A stretch of DNA of 64,000 nucleotides from Squalus acanthias. Taxonomy: Eukaryota. The translations under genes were made by a program, and so were the position numbers. The notes beneath the pieces were generated by a model that had not been told where the DNA came from, made no database searches, and saw only the letters and a list, made by a program, of their open reading frames with translations. Every line of letters starts with the position of its first letter. Positions within the stretch are counted from its first letter, which is position 1. The stretch covers positions 143,966,001-144,030,000 of the forward strand of contig CM059431.1 of NCBI GenBank assembly GCA_030390025.1, given 5' to 3'. This document shows positions 13,781-26,199 of the stretch, one piece after another.

Positions 13781-14133
13781 AATAGAGCACCGAGTGCAAT
13801 GTCCGTCCATTCAGACTGTCCCACTTCCAATTCATACAATATCCCAGATATCCTGCTCAAGGTCTGACACAGTAACAGTGGGACAGTTGACCATTCGCAC
13901 TCTGTCCATAGCCCACTGATATCCAATGCCCTATATCCCAATAAATATTCGAATCAAGTGAGGATTTGAAACAGTTCTCAGACACTAAATGAGTTTTAAT
14001 TTCTCCATGCATCTCTATCGAAATAGCCAATTAAATCTGACGTTATTTTACTGAATAATGAAATGGTGTTGAGAAGTTGATTTATTTCAATACACTAACA
14101 TTGAGAACCAATTTCTGCCTGTTCTAATTGAAG

Positions 14134-15907
14134 ATGTTCAACAGAAACACAAGGAAATACTCCGGGTACAAACTGAAACACTGACAGTGAACACTATCCT
14201 AATAAAGGAGAAGGTTAAGAATTTCCAGCTGGTTGATCGATACGATGAGCTAACAGTAATTTCTACTGTTCGAGATCGGACACTTGTAGAACATGAAATG
14301 CTGGCAAGAGGCCGAGACCATGAAGTTTGGAGAGAGAAACATCTCCGGAGAGAACTGGAGAAAATCCGAACTGATCAATTGTTCCACAGCTGTTTTTCCC
14401 AGAGAGGAGGTTTGTTCCAGAAAATGAAGGGTTTCTTCTGGCGATCCAAATCTGGGAGTTCTGCAGCAGTGAGCGGAGTCCCGGGGATTGGAAAAACAAC
14501 AATCGTACAAAAGATTGTTTATGACTCGGCCACTGGGAAAATATACTCACACTTTCAATTTATTTTCAGCTTTAAATTCCGGGATTTGAACGCTATTAAC
14601 TTTAGAATAAACCTGAGGAATCTGATACTCTTTTTCTATCCTCACTTCGGGAAAGTACTGGGTGAGCTCTGGAAGAACCCAGAGGGGTTGCTGTTTATAT
14701 TCGATGGTTTCGATGAATTCAAGGACAGGATCGATTTTGCTGACAATCGGAGAAATAAAGAACCTCAGCACATGTGCACAGATCCCGAATGCTGGTGTGA
14801 AGTGTCTGACATTGTGTACAGTTTAATACAGCACAAGCTGCTCCCAGGATGTTCATTGCTAGTGACCAGCCGCCCCACTGCATTACATTTATTGGAAAAG
14901 GCTGAGATCAGTGTCTGGGTTGAAATCCTGGGATTTGTTGGTGAAGAACGGAAGGAATATTTCAACAAGTTCTTTGAAGATCAGGCGGTGGCAGCAGCTG
15001 TTTTCAAACATGTGGAGGAGAACGAGATCCTGCACACAATGTGCTACAGCCCTTCCTACTGCTGGATTCTCGGTCTGTCACTGGGCCCCTTCTTTACACA
15101 AAGAGACAGGAATCAGCAGCAAGTTCCCAAGACAATCACCCAGCTATATTCCTACTATATCTACAACATGCTGAAAAACCATGGCCGAGAGATTGAAAGC
15201 CCCCGTGATGTGTTATTGAAGGTCGGTCAGATGGCCTTCACAGGAGTATCCGAGAAGAAGCTTGTGTTTAGCAATGAAGATTTGATCAATTACAATCTGC
15301 AACCTTCCCAGTTCCTGTCTGGGTTCATGATGGAACTTTTGGAGAGAGATGATTCTGTCCAGAGCGTGGTGTACACATTCCCGCACCTCACCATCCAAGA
15401 GTTTGTAGCCGCACTGGCACAATTCCTGACTGCAGATCCCGGGGACATCCTGAAAGTCCTCAGAGAAGCCCACAGCAAGGAAGATGGGCGATTTGAGATA
15501 TTTCTCCGTTTTGCTGCGGGTCTCTCCTCCCCACAGTCAGCTCGACCCCTGGAGGAGTTTCTGGGTCTATTTCTTCATCAAACCACCTGCCGAGTGATTG
15601 ACTGGGTGAAGGAGAAGGTTGAAGGACAGATTGAGAACACGGAGAGTGAAACTGGTAAAAGGAGCCTCCTGAACTCATTCCACTACCTGTTTGAGTCGCA
15701 GAATAAAGCATTGGCTCGGAAAACAGTGGGATCTGTGGAAACACTTACATTTAGTCGATTGACATTGACCCCGATTGACTGTGCGGTCCTGTCTCATGCC
15801 ATTGAACTCTGTGATACAATACAAACACTCGATCTAGGGACCTGCAACATTCAGTGTGAAGGACTCCAGCGGCTGGAACGCATACTGCACAAATGCCGGT
15901 TGTTAAG
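14134..15907 (+). CDS. NACHT exon of an NLR (NACHT-LRR, NLRC3/NLRP-like) gene
   Basis: Open frame of about 590 codons with Walker A GVPGIGKT, Walker B LLFIFDGFDEF, sensor VTSRP and winged-helix YTFPHLTIQEFVAA. Acceptor ttctaattgaag| before 14134 and donor AG|gtaact after 15907. Confidence 0.95.
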
Positions 15908-16349
15908 GTAACTGTGTATTTGTCTCTAACTGTTGGGCGAATTGTAGAATAGTCACGGATTGTGTTGTTTGCAAAGTAATGAAGGGAAACAAACAGTTCC
16001 CTTAAATCAGAGAGAAGCAGATTCAACATAAATATGTCCAATAATAAGAGGATCAGTTAGTAATTCCCTAAGGACTGGAGAATCTAGAACGGATCCTTGT
16101 GAACAAGTAGGGTTTTACAGTCTTTATCGTATCAGCAAATACAGGTCACTGAGAGTCTGATAATTTAATTACAGTAAATCATATTTAATAAGGCAGGACA
16201 GCGGAATGTAAACATAAAATATAATCCGGCAGTAAAGATAAAATTAACTTAAAATATTTTACACATCCAACATTTCAACTAGAAATAGGAAAGAAACCGG
16301 AGTTTAAATCACAAACAGTTCGATATTAACTCCAATACCGTTGTGTCTT

Positions 16350-16685
16350 GTCGGGGGGAAGTTTCCTGGATTGGGAATAGTGCGGAATCGGGAATTCTTT
16401 CAGCTGTAAATGTTTACAACTTTACACAGTCCTGAACATTGAGTAAAGATTGATAAACAGGATTTTAAATCTGCCGGTAAAAAGTTTCCAATCTAACGGG
16501 TTGTGGTGTATGAGCCCCGGAGAACAGACAACACCCCGGCCAGCGGTGGGGCCTCGCACACAGCGGGCGGCTCCTGGGTAAACCGGGGGCAGTGAACCCG
16601 GGAATTGCCCATAATCCGCCCGCTGTGTGTGAGGCCCCGCTCGGGGAGGGAACTTCCGAAAATTTTGCAAAAACTTTCGGGCCAG
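16350..16685. mobile_element. Possible MITE remnant in the NLR intron
   Basis: GC-rich island bounded by an inverted motif, GGAAGTTTCC .. GGAACTTCC. Confidence 0.3.
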
Positions 16686-16777
16686 TTACACCTGAAATAT
16701 ATGCAGAGCCAGTTTAACGGGAATAAAGTGATAGACTCCCCTCCCCTATAAAGTAGGAGCACATGGACATTTAAAAC

Positions 16778-18090
16778 TAGTAATGGGACAGGAGAAACTC
16801 CATTGCTGCTATTGACAAGCACTTACTGTCAGCCCTCTGACTCCCACAGCTACCTGGAATATACTTCATCCCACCTCGCTTCCTGTAAGACGCTCGTCCA
16901 TTCACCCAGATTTTCCAACTTTGCCGCATCTGTTCTGATGATGCCACCTTCCATACTACTGCTTCTGACATGTCTTCCATTTTCCGCAAACAAGGATTCC
17001 CCTCTACCATGGCTCTTGACCGTGTCCATTCTATGTCCCGCATTTCTGCTCTTACCCCTTCCCCTCCCTCCCGGAACCACGATTGGGTACCCCTTTCACC
17101 CCACCAGACTTTGCATTCAACGGATCATCCTCCACCATTTCCTATCGACCAGTGTGATCCCACCACCAAACACATTTTCCCCTCTCCTCCCCTTTCAGCA
17201 TTCCGAAGGGACCGCTCCCTCCACTACACCCTGGCACACTCCTCAATCACCCCCAACACCCCTTCCCGTCCCAAGGCACCTTGCCGTGGAAGCGCAGGAG
17301 ATGCAACACCTGCCCTTTTACCTCTTCCCTTCACACTGTCCAGGGTCCCATACACTCCTTCCAGTTCAAAGCGATTTACTTGTACTTCTTCCAATTTAGT
17401 ATACTGTATTCGCTGCTCACGATGCATTCTCCTCTACATTGACGAGACCAAATGCAGATTGGTTGACCGCTTTGCAGAACACCTCTGCTCAGTCCTTAAG
17501 AGTGACCTCGAGCTTCTGGTCGCCTATCACTTTAATTCGCTGCTTCACTCCCATTCTGATCTCTCTGTTCTCGGCCTCTTACACTCTTCCAACAAAGTAT
17601 AACATAAGATCGAGGAACAGCACCTCATCTTCGAAAAGGCACATTACAGCCCTCTGGACTCAACATGAAGTTCAACAATTTCTGCCGATAAACTCGGCTC
17701 CTATTTTATCTTTGTCATTATTGTTTTTCCTAAACCATTCTTTTTCTCTCACATGACAGCTGTTGATGATTCTGCCATCGCCATTCACACCGCATCTAGA
17801 TGCATCTTTTCTTTCTTAACTTGTCCCTTTACCATCTCCAGTTTCTTGCATCTTCATTCATTTTGTCTTTTAATCTCTCCTGTCTTCCACCCTATCACAA
17901 AACTTCCCTTTTGTTCTTTCCTCTGCTCCCCCCAACCTTTCCCTGCCTCTACACTTAAAAATCTGTTACATCTTTAAATTTTTGCAGTTCTGACGAAGGG
18001 TCCACAACCTGAAACTTTAACTCTGTTTCGCAATCGATAGATGCTGCCTGATCTGCTGAGTATTTCCAGCATTTTTTGTTTTTATTTCAG
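16778..18090 (+). mobile_element. Penelope-like retroelement 3' part (RT thumb, GIY-YIG, pseudo-LTR), decayed
   Basis: DSHSYLEYTSSH and FTCTSSNLVYCIRCSRCILLYIDETKCRLVDRFAEH. The 3' repeat contains CTGACGAAGGGTC..ACCTGAAAC. Confidence 0.9.
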
Positions 18091-18377
18091 CATAAATTCT
18101 CCTTGTTATATAAAATCCTGGTGGACAGATTTTACAGCAGCAGTTAGCGCTGTTTCACAATATAACTCACACCGAGATATTATACAGATTAATATAATGC
18201 ACAGAGTATAAATACAGGAAATCACTGCTTTATCATTTAATTCGGAAAAAATCGCCCCTTTCCCGTAAAATTCGGGAGTAAAGGAGAAGCAGAAATGAGA
18301 CAGGTTTCCACAAACAACACTGGGCTGGTCACTGAGCTCCAGGAGGGTAATTCTGATCATCAGGGAATGAGACTTAA

Positions 18378-18781
18378 CTATTGGGAGCAGCAGCGAGAGC
18401 GGCCCCACCCGTGAGGGAACAGGTGAAGGAGGAGCAAGGAAATAAAGCCCGAGGCTCGAATCCCAGACCGAGCTAATGGGAGCAGCAGCGAGAGCGGACC
18501 GACCTGTGAGGGAGTAGGCGAAGGAGGAGCGAGGAAATAAAGCCCGAGGCTCGAGGCCCAGACCGAGCTATTGGGAGTAGCAGCGAGAGCAGCCCCACCT
18601 GTGAGGGCGCAGGCGAAGGAGGAAAAGGAAATAAAGCACGAGGCTCAAGACCCAGACCGAGCTAATGGGAGCAGCAGCGAGAGCGGACCGACCTGTGAGG
18701 GAGCAGGCGAAGGAGGAGCGAGGAAATAAAGCCCAAGGCTCAAGGCCTAGACCAAGCTAATGGGAGCCGTAGCGAGAGCGG
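18378..18781 (+). repeat. ~95-bp tandem repeat (about 4.3 copies) at the 5' end of a CR1
   Basis: GGGAGCAGCAGCGAGAGC-type unit starts recur at 18383, 18478, 18573, 18667 and 18762. Confidence 0.9.
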
Positions 18782-21700
18782 AACTCAACAGACAACATTC
18801 GAAAGTGACGTCAGAGATTAAACGTGACGTTGGCACAAGGGAAGTAGCTGATTGGTTAACTAGGACCTGGTGAGTATTTCTACATCCAGTTGTTAAAGTA
18901 AAAGTAAGGTCTCTAGTTCAGAGTAAGGTGTGTGAAATGTGAATTAAGGACCCTAGTGTATTTAATATTCTTCAATTTAAAGGAAGTAAAGGGAGTAAAT
19001 TAAGGGTTAGACATGGCAGGGCAGTGTGGAGTGCTCCTCCTGTGTTATGAGGAAACTCAGGCGAACATGTGTGCAGGACAAGTCTCCAGCTGCAGCTGCT
19101 CGAAATCCGCGTTTCGGAGCTGGAGTTGCGGCTGGAGTCACTGTGGAGTATCCGCGAGGCTGAAATCTTCGAGGATAGCACGTTTAACGTGGTGTTCACA
19201 CCACAGCAGCTAAAGTCTGCACAGGCAGACAGGGAATGGGTAACGCCAGACACAGTAAAATAACTAGGAAGTTAGCGCAGGAGTCCCCTGGGTCCATCTC
19301 CCTCTCCAACAGATTTTCCATTTGGATAATGCTGGGCGAGATGGTTTCACAGGGGAATGCATCAATAGCCAAGTCCGTGGCACTACGAGTGGCTCAGCTG
19401 CACAGGAATGGTCGAAAAAGAGTGGGACAGCAATAGTGATAGGGGATTCTATCGTAAGGGGAACAGAAAGTCGTTTCTGTGGCCGCAGACGTGACTCCAC
19501 AATGGTATGGTGCCTCCCTGGTGCCAGGATCAAGGATGCCACTGAGCGGCTGCAGGACATTCTGAAGGGAGAGGATGAACAGCTAGAGGTCGTGGTCCAT
19601 ATCGGTATCAACGGCATAGGTAGAAAGAGGTACGAGGTCCTGCAAGCAGTTATAAGGAGCTAGGAAATTAATTAAAAAGCAGGACCTCCAAGGTAGCAAT
19701 CTCAGGATTACTCCCAGCGCCACGTGCTAGCGAGAGCAGAAATAGGAGAATAGACCAGATGAATGCGTGGCTGGAGAGATGGTGTAGGAGGGAGCGATTA
19801 AAATTACTGATGCATTGGGACCATCTGGGGATGGTGGGAACTGTACAAGCTGGACGGGTTAACCCTCGGCAGAAGCGGGACCAACATCCTAACAGGGGGG
19901 TTTGCTAGTGCTGTTGGGAAGGATTGAAACTAGTTTGTCAGGGGTCTGGGAACCTAAGTGTGGGCCCAGAACGGAGAAAAACAAAGCTGAAAGTGCAAGT
20001 TGGAAAAGTACTCAGCAAAACTAGTAGGGAGCAGAAGCAAAGGCCAACAGTAAAGAGGGTCAAAGTGCAGAAAAATATTCAACAGGCAAAGTTGAATGCA
20101 CTTTATCTAAATGCACGTAGCATTCGCAACAACGTGGATGAATTAATGGCACTAATAGAAGTAAATGGTATGATGTAATTGCCATTACAGAGACATGGTT
20201 GCAGGGTAACCAAAGCTGGGAACTGAATGTTCCAGGGTACTCAACATTTAGGAAGGACAGACAAAAATGAAAAGTAGGTGGCAGAGCGCTGTTAATAAGG
20301 GATGAGATCGTTACGGTAGAAATAAAAGATCTTGGCTTGGCAGATCCTGATGAAGAACTGGAATCAGTTTGGGTGGAGCTAAGAAACAGCAAATGGCTGA
20401 AAACATTGCTGGAGATGTGTATAGGCCATCAAACAGTAATGGTAATGTAGGGCACAGTATCAATCAAGAGATTAGAAGTCCATGTAACAAGGGCAATACC
20501 GTAATCATGGGGGATTTAAATCTACATATTGACTGGGCAAATCAAATTACGACTAATGGTGTGGCGGACGAATTCTTGGAATGCATGCGAGATGTTTTCC
20601 TGGATCAGTATGTGGAGGAACCAACCAGGGAACAGGCTATTCTGGATCTGGTACTGTGTAATGAGAGAGCGCTAATCAATAATCTAGTGGTAAAGGGACC
20701 TTTAGGGACAAGTGACCATGATATGATTGAATTTTACATTAAGTTTGAGAGTGATGTAGTCCAATCTGAAACTAAGTTCTTCAATCTAAACAGAGGAAAC
20801 TATAAGGGTATAAGGGACAAGTTGGCCATGGTAGATTGGGAGACTACACTAAAAGGTATGAAGGTGGACATACAATGGTTAACATTCAAGGAAATAATGC
20901 ATAATTTGCAACAAACATATGTTCCTCTAGGGCATAAAAACTCAAAAGAAAAAGTGATCCAAACATGGCAAAAAAAAAAATTATAGCTAGTATTAATTCA
21001 AAGGAGGAAGCTTATAAAGTTGCCAGTGAAAGCGGTCAGCCTGAGGATTGGGATCTTTTTAGAAATCAGCAAAGGGGACCAAGAAATTGATGAAGAATGG
21101 GAAAGTGGAATATGAGCACAAACTAGCGAAAAATATAAAAACGGATTGTAAAAGTTTCTTTCGGTATGTGAAAAGGAAAAGACTGGCGAAGGTAAATGCA
21201 GGTCATTTACCGACAGAGACGGGAGAATTTATAATGCGGAATGAGGAAATGGCTGAGAAATTAAATAAACACTTTGTTTCTTTCTTCACGGAGGAAGAAA
21301 CAAAAAACCTCCCAGAAATACGAGAAATCCAAATGAGGAACTTAAAGAAATTATTATTATTAAAAAAACAGTACTAGCAAAATTGATGCTACTAAAATTC
21401 GATAAATCCCAAGGACCGGATTACCTACATCCTAGGGGTTTGAAAGAGGTGGCCATTGGAATAGTGGACGCATTGGTTGTCATCTTCCAAAATTCTATAG
21501 ATTCTGGAACGGCTCCTGCAGATTGGAGGAGAGCAAATGTAACCCCGCTATTTTAGAAAGGAGGGAGAGAGAAAACGGGGAACTACAGACCTGTTAGCCT
21601 CACAGCAGTAGTAGGGAAAATGCTGGAATCTATTATAAAGGATGCAATAAATGTGCACTTCAAAACTAATAGTAAGATTGGGCAGAGTCAACATGGATTT

Positions 21701-22985
21701 ATGAAATGGAAATCCTGTTTGACAAACCTATTCGAGATCTTTGAGGATGTAACTAGTGTAGTAGACAAAGGGGAACCGGTCGATGGGGTGTATCTGGATT
21801 ATCAGAAGGCCTTCGATAAGGTCCCACACAAGAGGTTGGTGAACAAAATTAGGGCACATGGAATTGGGGGTAATATATTAGCATGGATTGAGAATTGGTT
21901 AACAGACAGAAAACAAAGAGTAGGGATAAACTGGTCTTCTTCAGGATGGCAGGCAGTGACGTGTGGGTTAACGCAAGGATCGGTGCTTGGGACCCAGCTA
22001 TTCACAATCTATATCAATGATTTGGATGAGGGGACTAAATGTAACATTTCCAAATTTGCTGAAGATACATAGCTAGGTGGCAGTGTCAGTTGCAAAGAGG
22101 ATGTGAAGAGGCTTCAATGGGATCTCGACAGGCTCAGTGAGTGGGCGAGAACATGGCAGATAGAATGTAATGTGGATAAATGTGAAGTTATCCACTTTGG
22201 TAGAAAAAACAGAAAGGCAGAGTATTTCCTAAATGGTGAAAGATTGGGGAATCCAGATGCTCAAAGGGACCTGGGTGTCCTTGTACATGAGTCACTGAAA
22301 TTGAATGTGCGGGTGCAGCCAGCCATTAGGAAGACAAATGGTATGCTGGCCTTCATTACAAGAGGATTTGAGTACAGGAGTAAAGAAGTCTTACTCCAAT
22401 TAAAAAGGCCTTGGTGAGACAACACCTGGAGTACTGTGTACAATTTTGGTCTCCTTACCGAAGGATGGATATACTTACCATAGAGGGAGTGCAACGAAGG
22501 TTCATGAGATTGATTCCGGGGATGGTGGGACTGTCGTATGAGAAGAGATTGAGTTAACTAGGACTGTATTCTCTTGAATTCAGAAGAATGAGAGGGGATC
22601 TCATTGAAGCATACAAAATTATTGCAGGGCTTGATAGGATGGTTGCTGGGAGATTGTTTCCCTTGCCTGAGGAGTCTAGAACCAGGGGTACAGCCTCAAG
22701 ATAAAGGGTAAGCCATTCAGGCCTGAGATGAGAAGAAATTTCTTCACACAGAGGGTGGTGAATCTTTGGAATTCTTTACCGCAGAGGGCTCTGGAAGCTC
22801 AGTCATTGGGTATATTCAAAACAGAATTCGATAGATTTCTGACTAGTAAGGGCATCAAGGGATATGGCGATAAGGCCAGTGAATGGAATTGAGGTAGAAG
22901 ATCAGCCATGATCTCATTGAATGGCGGAGCAGGCTCGAAGGGCCGAAAGGCCTACTCCAGCTCCTATTTCTTATGTTCTTATAAG
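18378..22985 (+). mobile_element. Full-length but decayed CR1 LINE inside the NLR intron
   Basis: ORF1 remnants (VIGDSIVRG, VVVHIGING) at 19013-19925, ORF2 remnants (LNARSIRN, MGDLN, YLDYQKAFD, FAEDT) at 20090-22890, and the tail TTCTTATGTTCTTAT. Confidence 0.93.
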
Positions 22986-23099
22986 GAACATTTAAAGGCT
23001 TCGCACAGACAGCATTTTATTTAATACATACATTTAATTACAGTCCCTGAATATATGGGGAGCTGGACAGAATGAGATTCATTCCCAGTGACAGGATTC

Positions 23100-24760
23100 A
23101 GGGGAAATTTTCGGGGGGTCAGCGGGCGCGATCGGTGGCGGATCGGGAGGGAAAATGTATTTATTCCACAGCGGGTCGGGACCCCGCTTCAACACGCCGC
23201 CAGGAACCTTTCCCAAATGTCGCGTCTGTCAGCGCTGAGCAGACTCGACATGCAGCGGCGGGGGAGGCAATTCAGGTCATTATGACCTTTCTAACAAAGG
23301 ATTAACAACTATTTTCAGCTCACCTTCAGAGTTTACAAGGTCGCCCACATGGTCCACGCTGCTCGAGAATCACGTCAGGTAAGCAGGGTGGGAGTTGAAT
23401 GGCCATGGAAGCATCTCATTACTTGACAGCTGGAAATGTGCTCTAAAAGCTCCCGTCTCACAGCTGTTCAATTTCCAAGCACAGAAGATGTTACTTACTT
23501 CATCTGGAAGAAAGATTGAGCTTTATGTAGGTTGTAAGTGTATGGAGCAAACTCCCTATCCATTGTCTCCTCAATGGAACAACCTCTCTCAGCATTGACC
23601 GATTGCCTCTGTCATCTCAAGTTCACCTGCCATCTATTACATCAGATTGGGTACGGTTTATACTGTCTCACCTTGGGCCTCAGAGTCCCAACACGATCAG
23701 CACCAACACCTGCAGCACCAGGCACACCAACCTGTTCCGCAACAACTGATGCTTCACAGCTCAGAGGGCATCAACACCCGACCACATTGCTGACCGCGAC
23801 GCCAGAGATGACCTCACCATGGCCATTTTTCTTCACTTGAACCTGCACGCCCTGGATGCCACATGATGTGCCAGGTTGCCTCCAGCCCACACCAACAACA
23901 TAAAGCATCCCGACAATGCCCAAGCCATTCTTTTCACACTCATCAGCATTGCGGGGGTTACCGTTATGTCTCACCATTCACTGCAACTCAGTAAGCCACA
24001 TCCAAAAGTGCACAAAAATCTGTCGAAAACGGAAAGTGTTGAAAAGAAAGATTTCAATTTTTGACAACTCATTAACAGAAATCTCACATGAACATCGGCT
24101 AAAACACACAATTGCCTACTCTTGTGAGCTGTTAGTTGGTATGATTGGACTAGGATGAGGATGAGTGTGAGGGGTGTCGAGTAAGATGGGGAAGTGATAA
24201 TGTAGATAGAGAGGGATGGGTGGAGGTGCAAGGTATGTTGGTGTGAGTAAGATGTGCATGAGTAGGGTAGGGAATGGAGAGTGATGGAGCTGTAACGAGT
24301 GGCATTGCAGGATGAGGTTGAATGTGGCTTTGCAGTAACGTTTCGTCATCTGCTGAGATCATTGAAAGGTTTGCACCACTGCAGCCTGGTCCTCCTGACT
24401 ACATCCCTGCTTGTGCCCTCTTGTGCAATGTGCAACCAGGCTGCGTTGGTCTCCTGGGGAGGTCACGTCCGCCCATTGGAAGTGAAGAGAGTCTCTGCGT
24501 ACTGTGACTCCCCCCATAAGCATTTGTATGGAGTGATGCGAGAGCCTGGGCGCAGCCGTGCAGCTCTGTGTAGTGATTGTCAGTGTTTGCAACACCTCAA
24601 TGCTGCAGAGCACTGAAAACACAAATGTCAAACTAAATGTGTGCATGACCCCTTTAAGGAAACCGGCTGCTGGCGCGTTATCAATTGACTTCATCAGACC
24701 CGCCTCCTCTAATTGGCCGGGAAACGCGCTGGGCTGGGCTTAACAAGCCAATCAGGGGAT
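23100..24760 (-). mobile_element. PIF/Harbinger-derived DNA transposon remnant with Myb/SANT-like ORF fragments
   Basis: Minus strand ~24355-24560 reads APRLSHHSIQMLMGGVTVRRDSL and WLHIAQEGTSRDVVRRTRLQWCKPFNDL, the trihelix Myb-like pattern of the Harbinger accessory protein. Boundaries are approximate. Confidence 0.6.
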
Positions 24761-24861
24761 CCTTCGACAGAGCGAAGTGATTGCTGTCATATCCAAGAGA
24801 GAGAAATATATCAGATCAGGTTTTTGATTCAGTTTGTTTCTCCCTCTCTGTCTGTGTTTAG

Positions 24862-24948
24862 ACTGCGGAGCAATGCACTTTGAGATCTAGGAGCGAAGCC
24901 ACTGTGTGAGGCTCTGAGGAACCCGGACTGTAAAATACAAGAACTGGA
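24862..24948 (+). CDS. NLR LRR exon (87 nt) with an in-frame TGA at 24881-24883
   Basis: Bounded by tgtttag| and |gtaagt; reads LRSNAL*DLGAKPLCEALRNPDCKIQEL. Confidence 0.88.
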
Positions 24949-25088
24949 GTAAGTACCAGACTGTGTGAGATTGTGTTTATAATAACTGGATGTCTGACAC
25001 TGAACATTGTTATTAGTATCAGTAATAGTGTTATTAATAAACTCTGGTGATTGACTCTGATTCCTGTTATTTCTCTCTCTGATCCCAG

Positions 25089-25259
25089 GCTGGATAATAA
25101 CGGTCTCACAGATTCTTGTGCCAAGGATCTCTCCTCCGCTCTCAGTACAAACCGGTCACTGAAGGTTCTGGATCTGAATAATAATAACCTGGGTGATTCA
25201 GGAGGGAAAGTGCTGTTTGCGGCTCTGAGGAACCCGGATTGTAAAATACAGAAACTGCG
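25089..25259 (+). CDS. NLR LRR exon (171 nt, RI-type repeat pair)
   Basis: Bounded by cccag| and |gtaagc; reads LDNNGLTDSCAKDLSSALSTNRSLKVLDLNNNNLGDSGGKVLFAALRNPDCKIQKL. Confidence 0.93.
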
Positions 25260-25402
25260 GTAAGCACCAGACTGTGTGAGATTGTGTTTATAATAACTGG
25301 ATGTCGAACACTGTATTTTATTATTTGTGTCAGCAATAGTGTTATTAATAAATACTCGAGATTTACCCTGATTTTTGTTACTTTTCTCTCTCTGATCCAC
25401 AG

Positions 25403-25570
25403 TCTATGGGCTGTCGGTCTCACAGATTCTTGTGCCGGGGATCTCGCCTCCGCTCTCAGCACAAACCGATCACTGACGGATCTGTACCTGAACTCAAACT
25501 CCTTCACAGACCGATCTATCCCCGCTCTCTGCCGCCTAATACTGACCTGCACGAGTATGGAGCGGATCGT
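25403..25570 (+). CDS. NLR LRR exon (168 nt)
   Basis: Bounded by cacag| and |gtgagg; reads LWAVGLTDSCAGDLASALSTNRSLTDLYLNSNSFTDRSIPALCRLILTCTSMERI. Confidence 0.9.
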
Positions 25571-25743
25571 GTGAGGGTTTTGTGTTAATGTTTAATGTAA
25601 GAAATAAAATATAAATGCGATTCAGTCACTTTTATGCGTAATATTTATATGTAATTATTATTGAAATATTAACCCCAGTCTGCCTGTTATTTACACTGTT
25701 GTTCAATCTGTTTATTTCCTGTTTAATCTTTAATGCATTTCAG

Positions 25744-25832
25744 GCTGTTGGGGAATCAGTTCAGTTCAAATGGAAAAAAGACTACAAAAGTCGCTGCAGG
25801 AATCTAGAAGCGGACTGAGAGTGGAAGTGTGA
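25744..25832 (+). CDS. NLR terminal exon, apparently frameshifted
   Basis: tttcag| then LLGNQFSSNGKK, with a stop at 25805-25807 in the spliced frame. A shifted frame continues KSLQESRSGLRVEV* to 25832. Confidence 0.75.
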
Positions 25833-26199
25833 ACATTTCAATTGATGACCATCACTGCTCTCATTATATGACGATGTTTGGCCGATTTTCTGCGCCTCTC
25901 CTTTAAGCTGCAGAGATCCGGGTTTAAATCCTATCGGCCCCTTTAAGGGTTTCCAGCTCGAGCTGAGCAAGTGTCATCTCTCATTGTGAGGTCAGAGGCC
26001 CAGCCACAGGGTCCCGAGACTCAGCCGCCCGGCCCCACAGCGCTGCTTCTGCAGGATATCCGGGGCTGAATGTTCCCCAATGGGGCACTGGGGAAATGCA
26101 CAGACAGGAAGGGACCGGTGTAGGACTCAGACTGGGCTGCAGTGGGACACTGACAATTGCACTCAATATTCCTGTGTGTCTCTCCCAAAGAGGATTCGA

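Noticed and set aside
13830..13870. Possible micro-exon upstream of the NACHT exon
   Set aside because: Weak splice signals and too short to support.
14250..15744. Antisense ORFs over the NACHT exon (similar ones overlie CR1 ORF2)
   Set aside because: Shadow frames of real coding sequence with no independent motifs.
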